This document shows positions 1 to 10,901 of a stretch of 64,000 bases of DNA, piece by piece (positions within the stretch are counted from its first letter, which is position 1; every line of letters starts with the position of its first letter). A model generated the notes under the pieces. That model saw only the letters and a program-made list of their open reading frames with translations, ran no database searches and was not told the origin of the DNA. Both the position numbers and the translations under genes were made by a program. Source of the DNA: an uncultured Pseudomonadota bacterium (lineage in GTDB: Bacteria > Oederibacteriota > Muellerivitia > Muellerivitales > Muellerivitaceae); contig CAWIIP010000004.1 of assembly GCA_963836235.1 (NCBI GenBank), positions 889,725 to 953,724 on the forward strand, in the 5' to 3' direction.

Positions 1-1
1 T

Positions 2-244
2 GCTAATCGCGCTCTTTGGATAACGCTTCTTGTTTCTGCCCCTATTTTGGGTCTAGGTTTAGCCGTGGGCGTTGCGGTATCCATTTTTCAGGCGGTTACA
101 CAGATTCAAGAAATGACGTTGACATTTATTCCCAAAATAGTGGCCATTTTTATGGCGATTCTTATTTTTGGTAAATGGATGATGCTAATTCTTTTGAACT
201 TTACTTCGAATTTGTGGATTAATCTTCCCAACTACGTGAAGTGA
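2..244 (+). CDS. fliQ: Flagellar export gate protein FliQ (5'-truncated by window edge)
   Basis: Frame is open from base 2 (ANRALWITLLVSAPILG...). Has the FQAVTQIQEMTLTFIPKI motif and precedes fliR. Confidence 0.95.
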   Translation, partial: ANRALWITLLVSAPILGLGLAVGVAVSIFQAVTQIQEMTLTFIPKIVAIFMAILIFGKWMMLILLNFTSNLWINLPNYVK

Positions 245-251
245 GGACTGC

Positions 252-1037
252 GTGCCTATAAACCCATTTGATTTCAACCCGAAAGATGTATTGGCTTTTG
301 TTTTGATTTTTATGAGGGTTGCTGGTTTATTTTTATCCGCACCAGTTTTTAGTAGTCGTAATATTCCTGTTATGGTTAAGGCTTCTTGGATTTTGGTTGT
401 TACCTTTCTCATTTTTCCAGTGGTGGATTTTAAAATTGAAACTTTACCTATCCCAGGACTTCCGCTAGGTTTTGCGGTCGTAAGAGAACTACTGGTTGGT
501 TTTTCCATTGGGATGGGAGCAACTCTTGTTTTTACGGGGATCCAGTTTGCCGGGCAGATTGTCGATATTCAAATGGGACTAGGTATGGTCAATATTATTG
601 ATCCGCTTACTAGTACGCAAATATCTATTATGGGCCAGTACTATTATATGATTGCCACCATGGTGTTTATGGCTTCGGACGGTGACCATCTTCTTTTAAA
701 GGGAATAGTGGATAGTTTTGGAATAATCCCACTGGGTCAAGCTCATCTTTCAGTTGCACTGGGAACGAAAATGATGAGCCTTTTTTCCCAAGTTTTTTTT
801 ATCGCTTTTCGGATCGGGGCACCAGTAATAGGCGCGCTTTTTATAACGAATATGGCTTTAGGAATAGTTGCCCGTACGGTTCCACAAATGAACGTTTTCA
901 TTGTTGGAATGCCTTTGAACTTGGCTGTCGGATTGCTTATTACGGCTGTATCGATGAGTTTTTTTACGTTTATGATGCAAGGGTTGTTTAAGGGGATGTA
1001 TCGGGACTTGGCAGTTTTAGTCCAAACCATGCGGTAA
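252..1037 (+). CDS. fliR: Flagellar export gate protein FliR
   Basis: Hydrophobic 261 aa with FMRVAGLFLSAPVF, AGQIVDIQMGLGM and RTVPQMNVFIVGMP motifs. Confidence 0.95.
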   Translation: MPINPFDFNPKDVLAFVLIFMRVAGLFLSAPVFSSRNIPVMVKASWILVVTFLIFPVVDFKIETLPIPGLPLGFAVVRELLVGFSIGMGATLVFTGIQFAGQIVDIQMGLGMVNIIDPLTSTQISIMGQYYYMIATMVFMASDGDHLLLKGIVDSFGIIPLGQAHLSVALGTKMMSLFSQVFFIAFRIGAPVIGALFITNMALGIVARTVPQMNVFIVGMPLNLAVGLLITAVSMSFFTFMMQGLFKGMYRDLAVLVQTMR

Positions 1038-1062
1038 CATTTAACTTTAAGCGAAAGAACTA

Positions 1063-2136
1063 ATGGCAGACCCATCGCGTAGTGAAAAAGCGACTCCGAA
1101 ACGTAAGCAAGAGGCCAGAGAAAAGGGTCAAATTGCTCGTTCCGTTGAGGTTAACTCCGCTCTTGTTCTTTTAGCGGCTTTATCCGCTTTTCGATATGGT
1201 GGGCCTTATATGATTGACTCGATAAATAACCTTGCTGTTTTTACTTATCAAAATATGAACACTTCTTTTGGCATGGAAAATATATATTCCATGGCGCTCT
1301 TTTATATGTGGCAAGTTTTCAAAATTATTGCGCCTGTTTTAGGTACTGTTTTAGCGGTTGGATTGTTGATCAATTACCTACAAGTCGGTGTTTTATTCAG
1401 CTTGAAACCTTTAACGCCAAAATTGAGCAACATTAATCCAATTGGAGGATTTCAAAAATTATTTTCTCGAAGATCAGCGATTGAAATTTTGAAATCGCTT
1501 TTGAAGTTATCAATTATCGGCGGCATTGCCTATTGGGGGGTTAAAAACGCATTACCAGAATTAGTGCCGACGATGGACATGCAGGGCGCTGCGGCTTTAG
1601 GTTTCGTTGGTGCTTTGACAATGAAAATTTTGAACTGGATTATTTTCACCTTAATGGCCCTTGCTCTTTTAGATTATTTTTATCAAAGATGGGAATATGA
1701 TCAAAGCCTAATGATGACAAAACAGGAAATTAGGGATGAATTTAAGCAATCCGAAGGCGACCCAATGATTAAAGCCAGAATCCGACAGATTCAAAGGGAA
1801 ATGGCCCGCCGTCGAATGTTTGAAGCTATTCCTCGAGCCGATGTAGTCATCACGAATCCAACTCACGTGGCTGTTGCTTTGGAATATAAAGAGGGAATGC
1901 AGGCTCCGATGATTATAGCAAAGGGAGAGCGGGTAATAGCTGAGCGAATAAAAGAAATGGCAAGAAAACATAATGTTCCAATCATTGAGAATCCTCCATT
2001 GGCGCGGGCACTTTTAAAACAATGCCCTGTCGGTGCTCCAATTTCACCTGATCTGTTTGAGGCTGTCGCGGAGGTGCTTGCTTTCGTTTATCGTATGAAT
2101 AAAAGAAAATCCGAGACTTCTGAAGTTTTTTCATGA
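1063..2136 (+). CDS. flhB: Flagellar export substrate-switch protein FlhB
   Basis: SEKATPKRKQEAREKGQ N-terminus, KQSEGDP, and the NPTH autocleavage motif. Confidence 0.97.
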   Translation: MADPSRSEKATPKRKQEAREKGQIARSVEVNSALVLLAALSAFRYGGPYMIDSINNLAVFTYQNMNTSFGMENIYSMALFYMWQVFKIIAPVLGTVLAVGLLINYLQVGVLFSLKPLTPKLSNINPIGGFQKLFSRRSAIEILKSLLKLSIIGGIAYWGVKNALPELVPTMDMQGAAALGFVGALTMKILNWIIFTLMALALLDYFYQRWEYDQSLMMTKQEIRDEFKQSEGDPMIKARIRQIQREMARRRMFEAIPRADVVITNPTHVAVALEYKEGMQAPMIIAKGERVIAERIKEMARKHNVPIIENPPLARALLKQCPVGAPISPDLFEAVAEVLAFVYRMNKRKSETSEVFS

Positions 2137-2259
2137 TAGAAATATGTTTAAAGCGTAGAAATGAATTAGTTAAAAGGATGAATGAACAAATTGAAAAATA
2201 CAGTTACAATACTAGTTCATTTCAATATTAAGAAGACTCTTCATTATTAAGAGGAAGCC

Positions 2260-4347
2260 ATGGCAGAAGCAACAGCGATGAATACGATACAAAAAAACAG
2301 CGATCTTTTTGTTGCTTTCGTTGTAATTTTGTTTGTTTTAATGTTGATCATTCCGCTTCCGCCTATTTTTTTGGATGTTTTAATTTCTTTCAATATAACG
2401 ATGGCTTTGGTTGTGGCTTTAATCACAATGTATACTTTGGAACCATTACATTTTTCTATTTTTCCAACGCTGCTTTTAATTACCACCATTTTTCGTCTTG
2501 CTCTTAATATTTCAGCCACCCGTCTAATTCTTTTGCATGGAAGCGAAAGTTCTGCTGCGGCTGGTCGGGTGATCGAGACAGTGGGAAATTTTGTAGTTGG
2601 CGGTAGCTATTGGGTCGGTTTTGTCATTTTCTTGATTTTAATTATTGTTCAATTTGTTGTGATAACCAGTGGCTCGCAACGTGTTGCCGAGGTGGCGGCT
2701 CGATTCACATTAGATGCAATGCCAGGAAAGCAAATGGCTATAGATGCTGACCTCAATTCTGGATTGATTACGGACGATCAGGCCAGAAAACGACGCAAAG
2801 AAGTTGAGCGAGAAGCGGATTTTTATGGTGCGATGGATGGTGCCAGTAAATTCGTACGGGGAGATTCCATTGCGGCAATCATAATCGTAATTGTCAATAT
2901 TTTGGGTGGGTTAGCTGTTGGGTTCTTTAAAAGTGGAATGTCATTGGGGGAAATACTTCAACGGTATAGTCTTTTAACTATCGGAGATGGACTTGCTACC
3001 CAGATACCTGCCTTGCTTTTATCGTTTGCGACCGGTGTTGTTGTTACGAGGGCAGCATCGGATAGTAATCTTGGAACAGATTTGGTCCGTCAAATTATCT
3101 CCCAACCGAGAGCATTGTGGATTGCTTCTGCAGTTCTTTTTGGAGCTGGTCTTGTTCCTGGTTTGCCGCATTTTGCTTTTATTTTTATTTCTATTTTGAC
3201 AGGATCTCTTGCTTATTTTGTTCAACAATCATTGAAAGAAGATCTAGAAGCTGTTGCCGAAAAAGAAAAAGCTCAGATGGGTCCAGAAAAGAAGAAAGAG
3301 CCTGAAAACGTATCTTCTCTTCTTCAGGTAGATCATTTGGAAGTAGAGATTGGATACAGTCTCATTCCCTTGGTTGATGAAGCCCAAGGTGGAGACCTTT
3401 TGGAAAGAATTACCGGTATTCGTCGGCAAATGGCCAGTGATTTGGGATTAGTTGTTCCGCCTATTCGAATTCGTGACAACATGCAGTTACAACCATCCGA
3501 ATATGTGATCAAAATTAAGGGTGTTGAAGTTTCAAAATGGAAAATAATGCCGGGGCATCTTTTGGCGATGTCAACTGGTTCGAATATGCCGAAAATTCAA
3601 GGGATCGAGACTAAAGAACCAACGTTCAATCTTATTTCTTATTGGATTACCGATGAGGAGAAAGGATTGGCAGAGCAAGCTGGTTATTCTGTAGTAGATG
3701 TATCTACGGTTATAGCCACTCATTTAACGGAAGTAATTAGAAATCAAGCCCATGAATTTTTGACTCGGCAAAGTGTTGCCAAATTAGTGGATACAGTTAA
3801 AAAAGAATCACCTGCGGTTGTGGATGAGCTGGTTCCGGCACAGCTGTCCATAGGAGATCTTCAGAAAATTCTTCAAAATCTTTTGAGAGAACATATTCCA
3901 ATTAGGGATTTAGAAAGCATTCTTGAGGCAGTGGCCGATCACGTGCGTGAAACAAAGGATGTGCAGTTGTTGACGGAATATGCCCGTAAAGGTTTGGCAA
4001 GGTCAATTACTAAGTTGCACCAGGCAACGGATGGAAAAGTTTATGGGTTGACGTTGGATCCGCATCTTGAGAAAAGAATTATGGATTCGGTTCAAGCGGC
4101 CGAAAATGGAACTATTACAGCAATGGACCCCCGGTTTCTTCAACAAGTATTTAGAAGTCTTTCGTCAGGTATAGAGAAAATGGCTGGTTCTGGTCGTCAG
4201 CCTTTGGTCCTCTGCTCTCCAAATGTAAGACCGTATTTTAAAAAATTAATCGAACGGTTTATTCCGCATTTAACCGTTCTTTCTTTCAGCGAGCTTTTAC
4301 CGAGAACTGAAATTCAGTCCTCGGGTGTGATTGAGGCTGGTGAATGA
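2260..4347 (+). CDS. flhA: Flagellar export protein FlhA
   Basis: FHIPEP motif RVAEVAARFTLDAMPGKQMAIDADL and FYGAMDGASKFVRGD. Confidence 0.98.
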   Translation: MAEATAMNTIQKNSDLFVAFVVILFVLMLIIPLPPIFLDVLISFNITMALVVALITMYTLEPLHFSIFPTLLLITTIFRLALNISATRLILLHGSESSAAAGRVIETVGNFVVGGSYWVGFVIFLILIIVQFVVITSGSQRVAEVAARFTLDAMPGKQMAIDADLNSGLITDDQARKRRKEVEREADFYGAMDGASKFVRGDSIAAIIIVIVNILGGLAVGFFKSGMSLGEILQRYSLLTIGDGLATQIPALLLSFATGVVVTRAASDSNLGTDLVRQIISQPRALWIASAVLFGAGLVPGLPHFAFIFISILTGSLAYFVQQSLKEDLEAVAEKEKAQMGPEKKKEPENVSSLLQVDHLEVEIGYSLIPLVDEAQGGDLLERITGIRRQMASDLGLVVPPIRIRDNMQLQPSEYVIKIKGVEVSKWKIMPGHLLAMSTGSNMPKIQGIETKEPTFNLISYWITDEEKGLAEQAGYSVVDVSTVIATHLTEVIRNQAHEFLTRQSVAKLVDTVKKESPAVVDELVPAQLSIGDLQKILQNLLREHIPIRDLESILEAVADHVRETKDVQLLTEYARKGLARSITKLHQATDGKVYGLTLDPHLEKRIMDSVQAAENGTITAMDPRFLQQVFRSLSSGIEKMAGSGRQPLVLCSPNVRPYFKKLIERFIPHLTVLSFSELLPRTEIQSSGVIEAGE

Positions 4348-5552
4348 GGATAAGAAGATACGAAGCGCCCACTATTCAAGAAGCTCTGATGAAGGTGAAA
4401 AAAGATTTGGGACCAGAAGCTGTGATCTTATACACAAAAACATTTCGCAAAGGCGGAGTTTTGGGAATGTTTGGAAAATCTATGGCGGAAATTACCGCGG
4501 GGATTGACTTGAATCTTCTAGATGATGTAGTTAAGAAGAAAACGACGCTGAACTCAGTGATGCCAGTAATTGATAGAGGGGAAATATCTCCGGTTCGTTC
4601 ATCTACTCCTTCTGGAGCTCAATCACCCATTCTTTCAACAATGGGTTCTTTAGATCCGGCCCGGGCGAAGGTCAAGGCTCTTCAAAGAGAATTAAATGAA
4701 ATGAAAACATCCAGTGTGGCAATGGCTTTGCGGGATTTAAATCCAGCAGATACGCCTGGGTTTCTTTCCGAGGGATTTAATCAAATCAAAAAAAAATTTT
4801 TAAAGCAAGAAGTGGAAGATTTTCTCATTCAAAAAATGATTAAAGGAATGATTGCCGATAGAATTGATCCTGAAAATAGTGCCGAAGTTTTTGCTTGGAC
4901 CATTCGTTTTGTTGCTGGTACCGTCAAGATTGCAGCATCTTCGCACGAGGTCAAGTTTCAGCGTGTGATAGCTTTTGTTGGCCCGACTGGCGTTGGTAAA
5001 ACTACGACTTTGGCTAAATTGGCTGCCCGCTATAGTCTCATGGAACGGAAAAAAGTGGCAATGGTGACAGCCGACACTTATCGCATCGCCGCAACAGAAC
5101 AACTGAAAACTTATGGAAAAATTATGGGAATACCAGTTGATGTTGCGGATTCAGCAGATGATATTTCTGGGATTTTGACTAAATATAAGAATGTGGATTT
5201 GGTTTTGGTGGATACTGCTGGACGCAGTCCGTCGAGCGATGAACAACTCGACGAACTAAAAAAATTTATAGCTCAAAGCCAACCGGACGAAATTCACTTA
5301 GTTTTATCCGCGACCACAAAGTATTTTGACATGATTCGAATAATTGAAAGATTTGGTTCGGCCGTTCCAATAAACCGAATGATTTTCACTAAATTAGATG
5401 AGACCCGATATTATGGGGCTTTTTTAAACCTTATGAATAATTTTCAAATTCCTCTATCTTATTATGCAACCGGTCAAAATGTCCCGGACGATTTGGAAAT
5501 GCCAGAAACTCAGTCATTGTCCGAACGAATAACTAGGATGCTTTTAACATAA
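4344..5552 (+). CDS. flhF: SRP-type GTPase FlhF
   Basis: GPTGVGKTT, DTYRIAA, DTAGR, TKLDE and GQNVPDD motifs. Confidence 0.96.
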   Translation: MRIRRYEAPTIQEALMKVKKDLGPEAVILYTKTFRKGGVLGMFGKSMAEITAGIDLNLLDDVVKKKTTLNSVMPVIDRGEISPVRSSTPSGAQSPILSTMGSLDPARAKVKALQRELNEMKTSSVAMALRDLNPADTPGFLSEGFNQIKKKFLKQEVEDFLIQKMIKGMIADRIDPENSAEVFAWTIRFVAGTVKIAASSHEVKFQRVIAFVGPTGVGKTTTLAKLAARYSLMERKKVAMVTADTYRIAATEQLKTYGKIMGIPVDVADSADDISGILTKYKNVDLVLVDTAGRSPSSDEQLDELKKFIAQSQPDEIHLVLSATTKYFDMIRIIERFGSAVPINRMIFTKLDETRYYGAFLNLMNNFQIPLSYYATGQNVPDDLEMPETQSLSERITRMLLT

Positions 5553-5561
5553 GGAGAATTT

Positions 5562-6464
5562 TTGCAAGATCAAGCGGAAAACCTTCGTCAATTGATGGGC
5601 CGAATGACTACTCCGGATATTTTGGGGGAAGAAGTGGTTCCTGTGTCCCGTTGCCGAATAATTGCGGTTACAAGCGGAAAAGGAGGTGTAGGTAAAACAA
5701 ATATTTCGGTGAACTTGGCACTGGCTTTTGCGAATAAAGGAAAGAATGTTCTCTTATATGACGCAGATATGGGACTTGCAAATGTAGATGTACTGCTAGG
5801 GATTATTCCCCGATTTACGCTTCTTAATGTGTTAAACGGTCAAAAAAATCTTAAAGAAGTTATTGTTGAGGGCCCTGGAGGAATTCATTTAGTGGCTTCG
5901 GGTTCCGGTGGGGTTCAGGAACTTGCGGATTTAAATGAAGCCCAAAGGAGTAAGTTTTTAGAAGCTCTTTTAGAATTGCAACATCAATCAGAAATAATCC
6001 TTATTGACACTGGTGCTGGTCTTCAGCGCAATGTATTGGCGTTCGCTTTGGCGGCTGAAGAGGTTATAGTTGTTACTACCCCGGAGCCTACGGCTCTGAT
6101 GGATGCTTATGGAATGATTAAAATTCTTCACCGAGAAAAAAAGAATCCAACGATTAATGTTGTAGTTAATATGGCTGCAAATCAGGCAGATGCTGATGAA
6201 GCCGGAAAAAAATTGGTTTTATTGTCAAAAAGATTTTTGAGTTTAAATATCGAATATGTTGGTTTTGTTCCGCGTGATGCGGGGATGATTAGGGCGGTAA
6301 AAGAACAAAAACCAGTAATGCTATCTTCGCCCTTAAGCCCGGCTGCGGTTCATCTGAATCGGTTGGCAGAAATCTTTTTATCGGGGAAAACTCCGATTGG
6401 TGACGGAAATTTACTCCAGTTTTTTAAAAAAGTTACAAAAATTTTTAGCGGAAATGGTGATTAA
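5562..6464 (+). CDS. flhG: MinD/ParA-family flagellar number regulator FlhG/FleN
   Basis: DQAENLR N-terminus, deviant Walker A SGKGGVGKT, DADMGLANVD and a C-terminal amphipathic helix. Follows flhF. Confidence 0.93.
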   Translation: MQDQAENLRQLMGRMTTPDILGEEVVPVSRCRIIAVTSGKGGVGKTNISVNLALAFANKGKNVLLYDADMGLANVDVLLGIIPRFTLLNVLNGQKNLKEVIVEGPGGIHLVASGSGGVQELADLNEAQRSKFLEALLELQHQSEIILIDTGAGLQRNVLAFALAAEEVIVVTTPEPTALMDAYGMIKILHREKKNPTINVVVNMAANQADADEAGKKLVLLSKRFLSLNIEYVGFVPRDAGMIRAVKEQKPVMLSSPLSPAAVHLNRLAEIFLSGKTPIGDGNLLQFFKKVTKIFSGNGD

Positions 6465-6564
6465 AATGCTATCGAAATAGATGGTGGTTGGAGTTGGATC
6501 TGGGCAAAAGGACTATGTTGTTTTTTGATTGCCAAGAATTAAGTGGGTGTAATCAAAATATATA

Positions 6565-6999
6565 GTGGGGGAAAAAATGGCACAGCGTGAAAAAGATCGT
6601 CTTTACTATGAAATTACAAAGGAAAAACCTTTTGGCTCTTTTCAAATGTTGCTGGTGGGTGGTTCCGCTGGTTCTGTCACTGGTTTTTTGATTGCTTCAT
6701 TGGTGGGAGCGTATGAAGGAATAGAAATGGATATTTTAGTTTTTGTTTTTTTAGTGGCTTCTTTTTTAGGATTTTTCTTTGGGGCAATTCTCATGTGGTT
6801 TTGTCTTCGTTATTTTGGAAAATTAATCGCAGATATTCCCTTGGTGGGTGAGATTCCTTCGATTAACTCATTTGAAGAAACCGAGGATTCTTCGAAGCCC
6901 TTAATTTCACCTGAAGAAAGTCCGATTCTTGGGAACGAAGAGGAAAAAGGGAAATCGGTGGATTTTGTATTTCCCGAGCTTTCCCCTGACAAGCAATAG
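6565..6999 (+). CDS. Hypothetical two-TM membrane protein with acidic C-terminal tail (start probably ATG ~6578)
   Basis: Two hydrophobic segments followed by an E/D/S/P-rich tail. Abuts fliA. Confidence 0.7.
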   Translation: MGEKMAQREKDRLYYEITKEKPFGSFQMLLVGGSAGSVTGFLIASLVGAYEGIEMDILVFVFLVASFLGFFFGAILMWFCLRYFGKLIADIPLVGEIPSINSFEETEDSSKPLISPEESPILGNEEEKGKSVDFVFPELSPDKQ

Positions 7000-7845
7000 T
7001 TGAAGAAGATGTCGGAAGAAAATTTAAAATCATTTTGGGAACGACACTTAAAAAAGAAAGTGGATCTACAGGCACGTGAAGAGTTAGCCAAGGCCTATTT
7101 TTTTTTGGTAGAAGCTGAAACCAGGAGAATGCTGGCTCGGTTGCCTATTAGAGTTTATTGGGAAAAGAAAGAAGATCTTGGTTCAGCAGGAGTTATTGGT
7201 CTTTTGCAAGCTTTAGATCATTTTGTTCCGCCCAAGGGAAAACATTTTGATCCGGGTCGGGCATTTGAAGCTTATGCCAGATATAGGATTCGCGGTCAAA
7301 TGGTTGATGAACTACGAAATTTGGATTTTGCAAGGCGAAACTTAAGAAAACAAGCTAGAGCTATTCAGGATGCGGAGAGAAAACTGGAAGGTCGTTTAGG
7401 AAGACCTCCGCGAGAGGAAGAAACAGCTAAAATCCTTGGTATCCCCTTAAACGAATTGTACGATTGGGTAGCTGAAATTAATATGCTCAATCTCCTGTCC
7501 TTAGATGCAGAAACGGCCGAAGGGGGTGGCGGTTCTTGGGCGGATCTCATAGCAGATTCTGCTGCCGAGAATCCACTTGATAAAGTTGAGAAACAAGAGA
7601 AAATTGAGCGGGTTGAGATAGCACTTAAAAAATTAGGAGTTTCAGAACAGAAAGTGCTTCAACTTTATTATGTTGAAATGCTTACCTTTAAAGAAATTGG
7701 AAAGGTTATAGAAGTAAGTGAATCACGAATTTGTCAGATTCATCATATGGCGGTCTTTCGGTTGCAAGAATTAGTGGACGAGAGGAGGAAGCATGGCAAT
7801 ACTCAAGGACGCGAACGGATACACAACAATCACTACCGAAAGTGA
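7000..7845 (+). CDS. fliA: Flagellar sigma factor FliA/SigD (sigma28)
   Basis: GVIGLLQALDHF, FEAYARYRIRGQMVDELR and region 4 LTFKEIGKVIEVSESRICQIH. Confidence 0.93.
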   Translation: MKKMSEENLKSFWERHLKKKVDLQAREELAKAYFFLVEAETRRMLARLPIRVYWEKKEDLGSAGVIGLLQALDHFVPPKGKHFDPGRAFEAYARYRIRGQMVDELRNLDFARRNLRKQARAIQDAERKLEGRLGRPPREEETAKILGIPLNELYDWVAEINMLNLLSLDAETAEGGGGSWADLIADSAAENPLDKVEKQEKIERVEIALKKLGVSEQKVLQLYYVEMLTFKEIGKVIEVSESRICQIHHMAVFRLQELVDERRKHGNTQGRERIHNNHYRK

Positions 7846-9475
7846 TGGGGTTTATTTAACAATTTTTCCTCCTTCCGGCAAAGGAACTCGGGTTACCTTA
7901 GAAGAGGTTAAAAATGAGCTCCAAAAGAAAAATGTAATTATTGATAATCCTTCAATCATCAATCAGGCTGTGACTCTGGCGTCAGGTAGGCCTCAAAAGA
8001 TCATGAACCGAAAAATGGATGAATCGCAAGAACAAGTTTTTGTTGAAATAGCCGACGATGAAATGTCGGCCAAGTTAACTGTTGTCCCACCGCAAAAAGA
8101 GAGTGATCATTTCACTAATATCGATGATGTCCGAAATGCCCTCAAACGCAGAAACGTTATTTATGGCGTCGATGAAAGTCGGATGGCGGAGATTTCTGCC
8201 AAGTTAGGCCAATTAGAGGCATCGAAAGATATTAATGAACCAATTGAAATGGATATTGCCTTTGGAATTTCTACAACCAATGGTGAAGATGCACGAATTG
8301 AATATCTTTATAAAAAAGCTGAAGAAGAATCTCAAGCTCCGGTTCCAGAAGAAACCGAAGATGGTCGTATAGATTATAGAGCTGTACACAAAATTGACAA
8401 TATTACTAAAGGGACAATTTTAGCTCGTAAAATTCCACCAACTAAAGGCCTATCTGGGATGACGGTCACTGGGAAGACACTTGTAGCGGTGGACGGTAAG
8501 GACATTGATGTCACCATGGGAAAAGGTGTTGTAGCTTCACCTAATAATAATGAAGAGTGGATTGCGGATACCGATGGCCAGGTAATTATTAAGGAAAATA
8601 AAATTTCTGTCCTTGCGCTCTATGAGATTCCGGGGGATGTTAATCTTTCAACCGGAAATATTGATTTTATTGGAACGGTTATTATTCGAGGGGACGTCAA
8701 GGATGGGTTTAAAGTTTATGCCGGAGAAGATCTTGTTGTTAATGGCGTTGTTGAAGGCGCGGAATTGAAATGTAGCGGCAAGCTTTCGATAGCGGGCGGA
8801 GTAAGTGGAAATGATAAAGCTAGAATCGTTTGTGCCGGCGACGCCAACATTAAATATATTCGAAATGCTATTGTGGAAATTGGGGGTAGCTTGACCTCCG
8901 GACAGGCTATTATGCATAGCAAAGTTACGGTTGGAAAAAAGGTTACCGTTGCTGGCAAAAAAGGCGTGATTGTGGGTGGGCAAGTTATTGCAGGTGAGGA
9001 AGTTAATGCGGCGTCTATGGGTTCGAATTTTGCTACGCCAACCGAAGTAATTGTTGGTGAGGCCGTAGGACTCAGAGATGAACTTCAAAAAATGGAAAAT
9101 GAACTAAAGATTGGGATCGAGAATCTGGACAAAACAAAAAAGGGGATTCAGTTTTTGAAAGACCTACAAGTTAAAATGGGAGGAAATCTTCCACCTGAAA
9201 AAAAAGAGCTATTAACAAAGTTAACGAGGGCTCAGTTTAAACTTATGGCTGATACGAAAATGATGGCGGAGAAAAAACAAGACTTGGAAAAAAAAGAGCA
9301 TGATGGAGCTGATGACCGCAGACGTCATGCCAAAGTTACCTGCATGGGTGTGATTCATACTGGGGTGAAGATTACTATCAATAAGGCTAACCGCCAAATT
9401 TCGGAAGAGTTAAAGTACTGCACTTTAACGGAGTCCGATGGCGAAGTTAAAGTGGGACCTTTTCGAGGGAATTGA
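7793..9475 (+). CDS. FapA / DUF342 flagellar assembly protein
   Basis: DGRIDYR and GDVNLSTGNIDFIG motifs, beta-helix-like repeats and a C-terminal coiled coil. Follows fliA. Confidence 0.88.
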   Translation: MAILKDANGYTTITTESDGVYLTIFPPSGKGTRVTLEEVKNELQKKNVIIDNPSIINQAVTLASGRPQKIMNRKMDESQEQVFVEIADDEMSAKLTVVPPQKESDHFTNIDDVRNALKRRNVIYGVDESRMAEISAKLGQLEASKDINEPIEMDIAFGISTTNGEDARIEYLYKKAEEESQAPVPEETEDGRIDYRAVHKIDNITKGTILARKIPPTKGLSGMTVTGKTLVAVDGKDIDVTMGKGVVASPNNNEEWIADTDGQVIIKENKISVLALYEIPGDVNLSTGNIDFIGTVIIRGDVKDGFKVYAGEDLVVNGVVEGAELKCSGKLSIAGGVSGNDKARIVCAGDANIKYIRNAIVEIGGSLTSGQAIMHSKVTVGKKVTVAGKKGVIVGGQVIAGEEVNAASMGSNFATPTEVIVGEAVGLRDELQKMENELKIGIENLDKTKKGIQFLKDLQVKMGGNLPPEKKELLTKLTRAQFKLMADTKMMAEKKQDLEKKEHDGADDRRRHAKVTCMGVIHTGVKITINKANRQISEELKYCTLTESDGEVKVGPFRGN

Positions 9476-9536
9476 AAATTTAATTTCGAACAATTTTTAG
9501 AGTTTTATAACTCGATTAATACTAAGAGGAGTCAAA

Positions 9537-10217
9537 TTGGAGCTTTTTTATATACTACAAATTCTTTTTGACGGTGTTTTATTGTTTGGGATACTTTTTT
9601 TATTTCATTTTTCCGTTCATCAAACACAAAAAAAAGGTGAAGTGTCCGATGCTTTGAAAGACATTCAAGTACAGGAAATTAAGGAAAATCTTCAAGAACT
9701 CTTATTGACGCTTAAGCAACTGGGAAAGGAAGTGTCTGACAATATTCAAGAACACGTGAGTGATGCGGAGTTAAAAATCGAAGATTTTAAAATAAATATC
9801 TCAAAATTTCAAAAAGATTTAAATAAAGTAAAGAAACTTTCCGATGAGTTAAACATGGAGAGGGTTAGATTGGAAGAAAAAACGAAAACAATTGAGGCTT
9901 CGAAAAATAAGGCTTTCGAAGTAATTCCGCAGGAGAATCAATCTTTGAGAATTGTCGATCAGAAAGTGAAGAAAAATAATTCCACGTTCGAATTCAAGAA
10001 AAAAACATTGCCGAGAAGTATCGAATTAAATATCTTGGAAAATAACAAAGGAATATCTGCGGAGTTAATGGGTGTAGTTTATCATCTTGAGGATTTGCAT
10101 GTGGAAATGAATGAAATTGTTCGACGGACAAAATTGAGTCGCGCCGAAATTCAATTGATTTTGAATTTACGCGAGAATCGTTTTGTGACTTCTGAATTAA
10201 GCGCGGCAAAAAGTTGA
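9537..10217 (+). CDS. Membrane-anchored coiled-coil protein with C-terminal HTH-like motif (SwrB/DUF2802-like)
   Basis: N-terminal TM, long coiled coil, C-terminal EIVRRTKLSRAEIQLILNL. Position after the sigma28 gene. Confidence 0.55.
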   Translation: MELFYILQILFDGVLLFGILFLFHFSVHQTQKKGEVSDALKDIQVQEIKENLQELLLTLKQLGKEVSDNIQEHVSDAELKIEDFKINISKFQKDLNKVKKLSDELNMERVRLEEKTKTIEASKNKAFEVIPQENQSLRIVDQKVKKNNSTFEFKKKTLPRSIELNILENNKGISAELMGVVYHLEDLHVEMNEIVRRTKLSRAEIQLILNLRENRFVTSELSAAKS

Positions 10218-10250
10218 AAAAAATTTTGCGCGACTGATTATCAAGGACGT

Positions 10251-10898
10251 TTGATGGAAATGGTGTTTTCTTTAGAAGGTATGGGGGCGAGAACGGAATC
10301 TGTTGCGTCGGTCGGGCAGTTTTTAAACAAGGACTCAAAACCTGGTTTCGTAGAAAAAATCGTGGGGTCTGGAAGATACGTTGTAACTTTGGCGGATGGA
10401 AATCAAGTAGTTGCTCAAGGTTCACGAGGGTTAAAACCGGGTAATAGAGTTCAGGTTTTGTCTCGGATTGAAACCTTGACCAAAAAGAAAGAAATTTCAG
10501 AAATCCAGAAGTCTTTGGATAAAGACCCGGGGTTACAAGTAGAAGCGTTTTTTCCCTTGGGGTTTGGCGGTAAAAAAGCCAAGGCATTTTTGAAGATTTA
10601 TATTGAAGAAAAAAATGAGGAGCTTTTAGAAAAACGATCTCCTGCGGTTTACTTTATTTTTAATGTTGAGACGGAAAAACAAGGCAAGCTTCAATGGAGT
10701 GTTTATTTGAGAGAACGGCAGATAGCCATTCAGGTTTTTTCTGATTTGGGGGATGCGATGGCTGATGTGTTGAAAGCGTTGGTAACTAATGTTGAAAAGA
10801 ATCTGAGAAGTCGTGGTTATTGGTTGTCGTCGCCCACTGTTTATTTAAAGAGCTTTTTTAGGGTTCCTGAAGGTTTTCGCTTGAATATAAAGGGGTGA
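10251..10898 (+). CDS. Hypothetical protein with FliK C-terminal (T3S4)-like domain
   Basis: FNVETEKQGKLQWSVYLRERQIAIQV...LRSRGY pattern resembles FliK-C. Directly upstream of the FlhB-C-like gene. Confidence 0.45.
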   Translation: MMEMVFSLEGMGARTESVASVGQFLNKDSKPGFVEKIVGSGRYVVTLADGNQVVAQGSRGLKPGNRVQVLSRIETLTKKKEISEIQKSLDKDPGLQVEAFFPLGFGGKKAKAFLKIYIEEKNEELLEKRSPAVYFIFNVETEKQGKLQWSVYLRERQIAIQVFSDLGDAMADVLKALVTNVEKNLRSRGYWLSSPTVYLKSFFRVPEGFRLNIKG

Positions 10899-10901
10899 AG
10901 G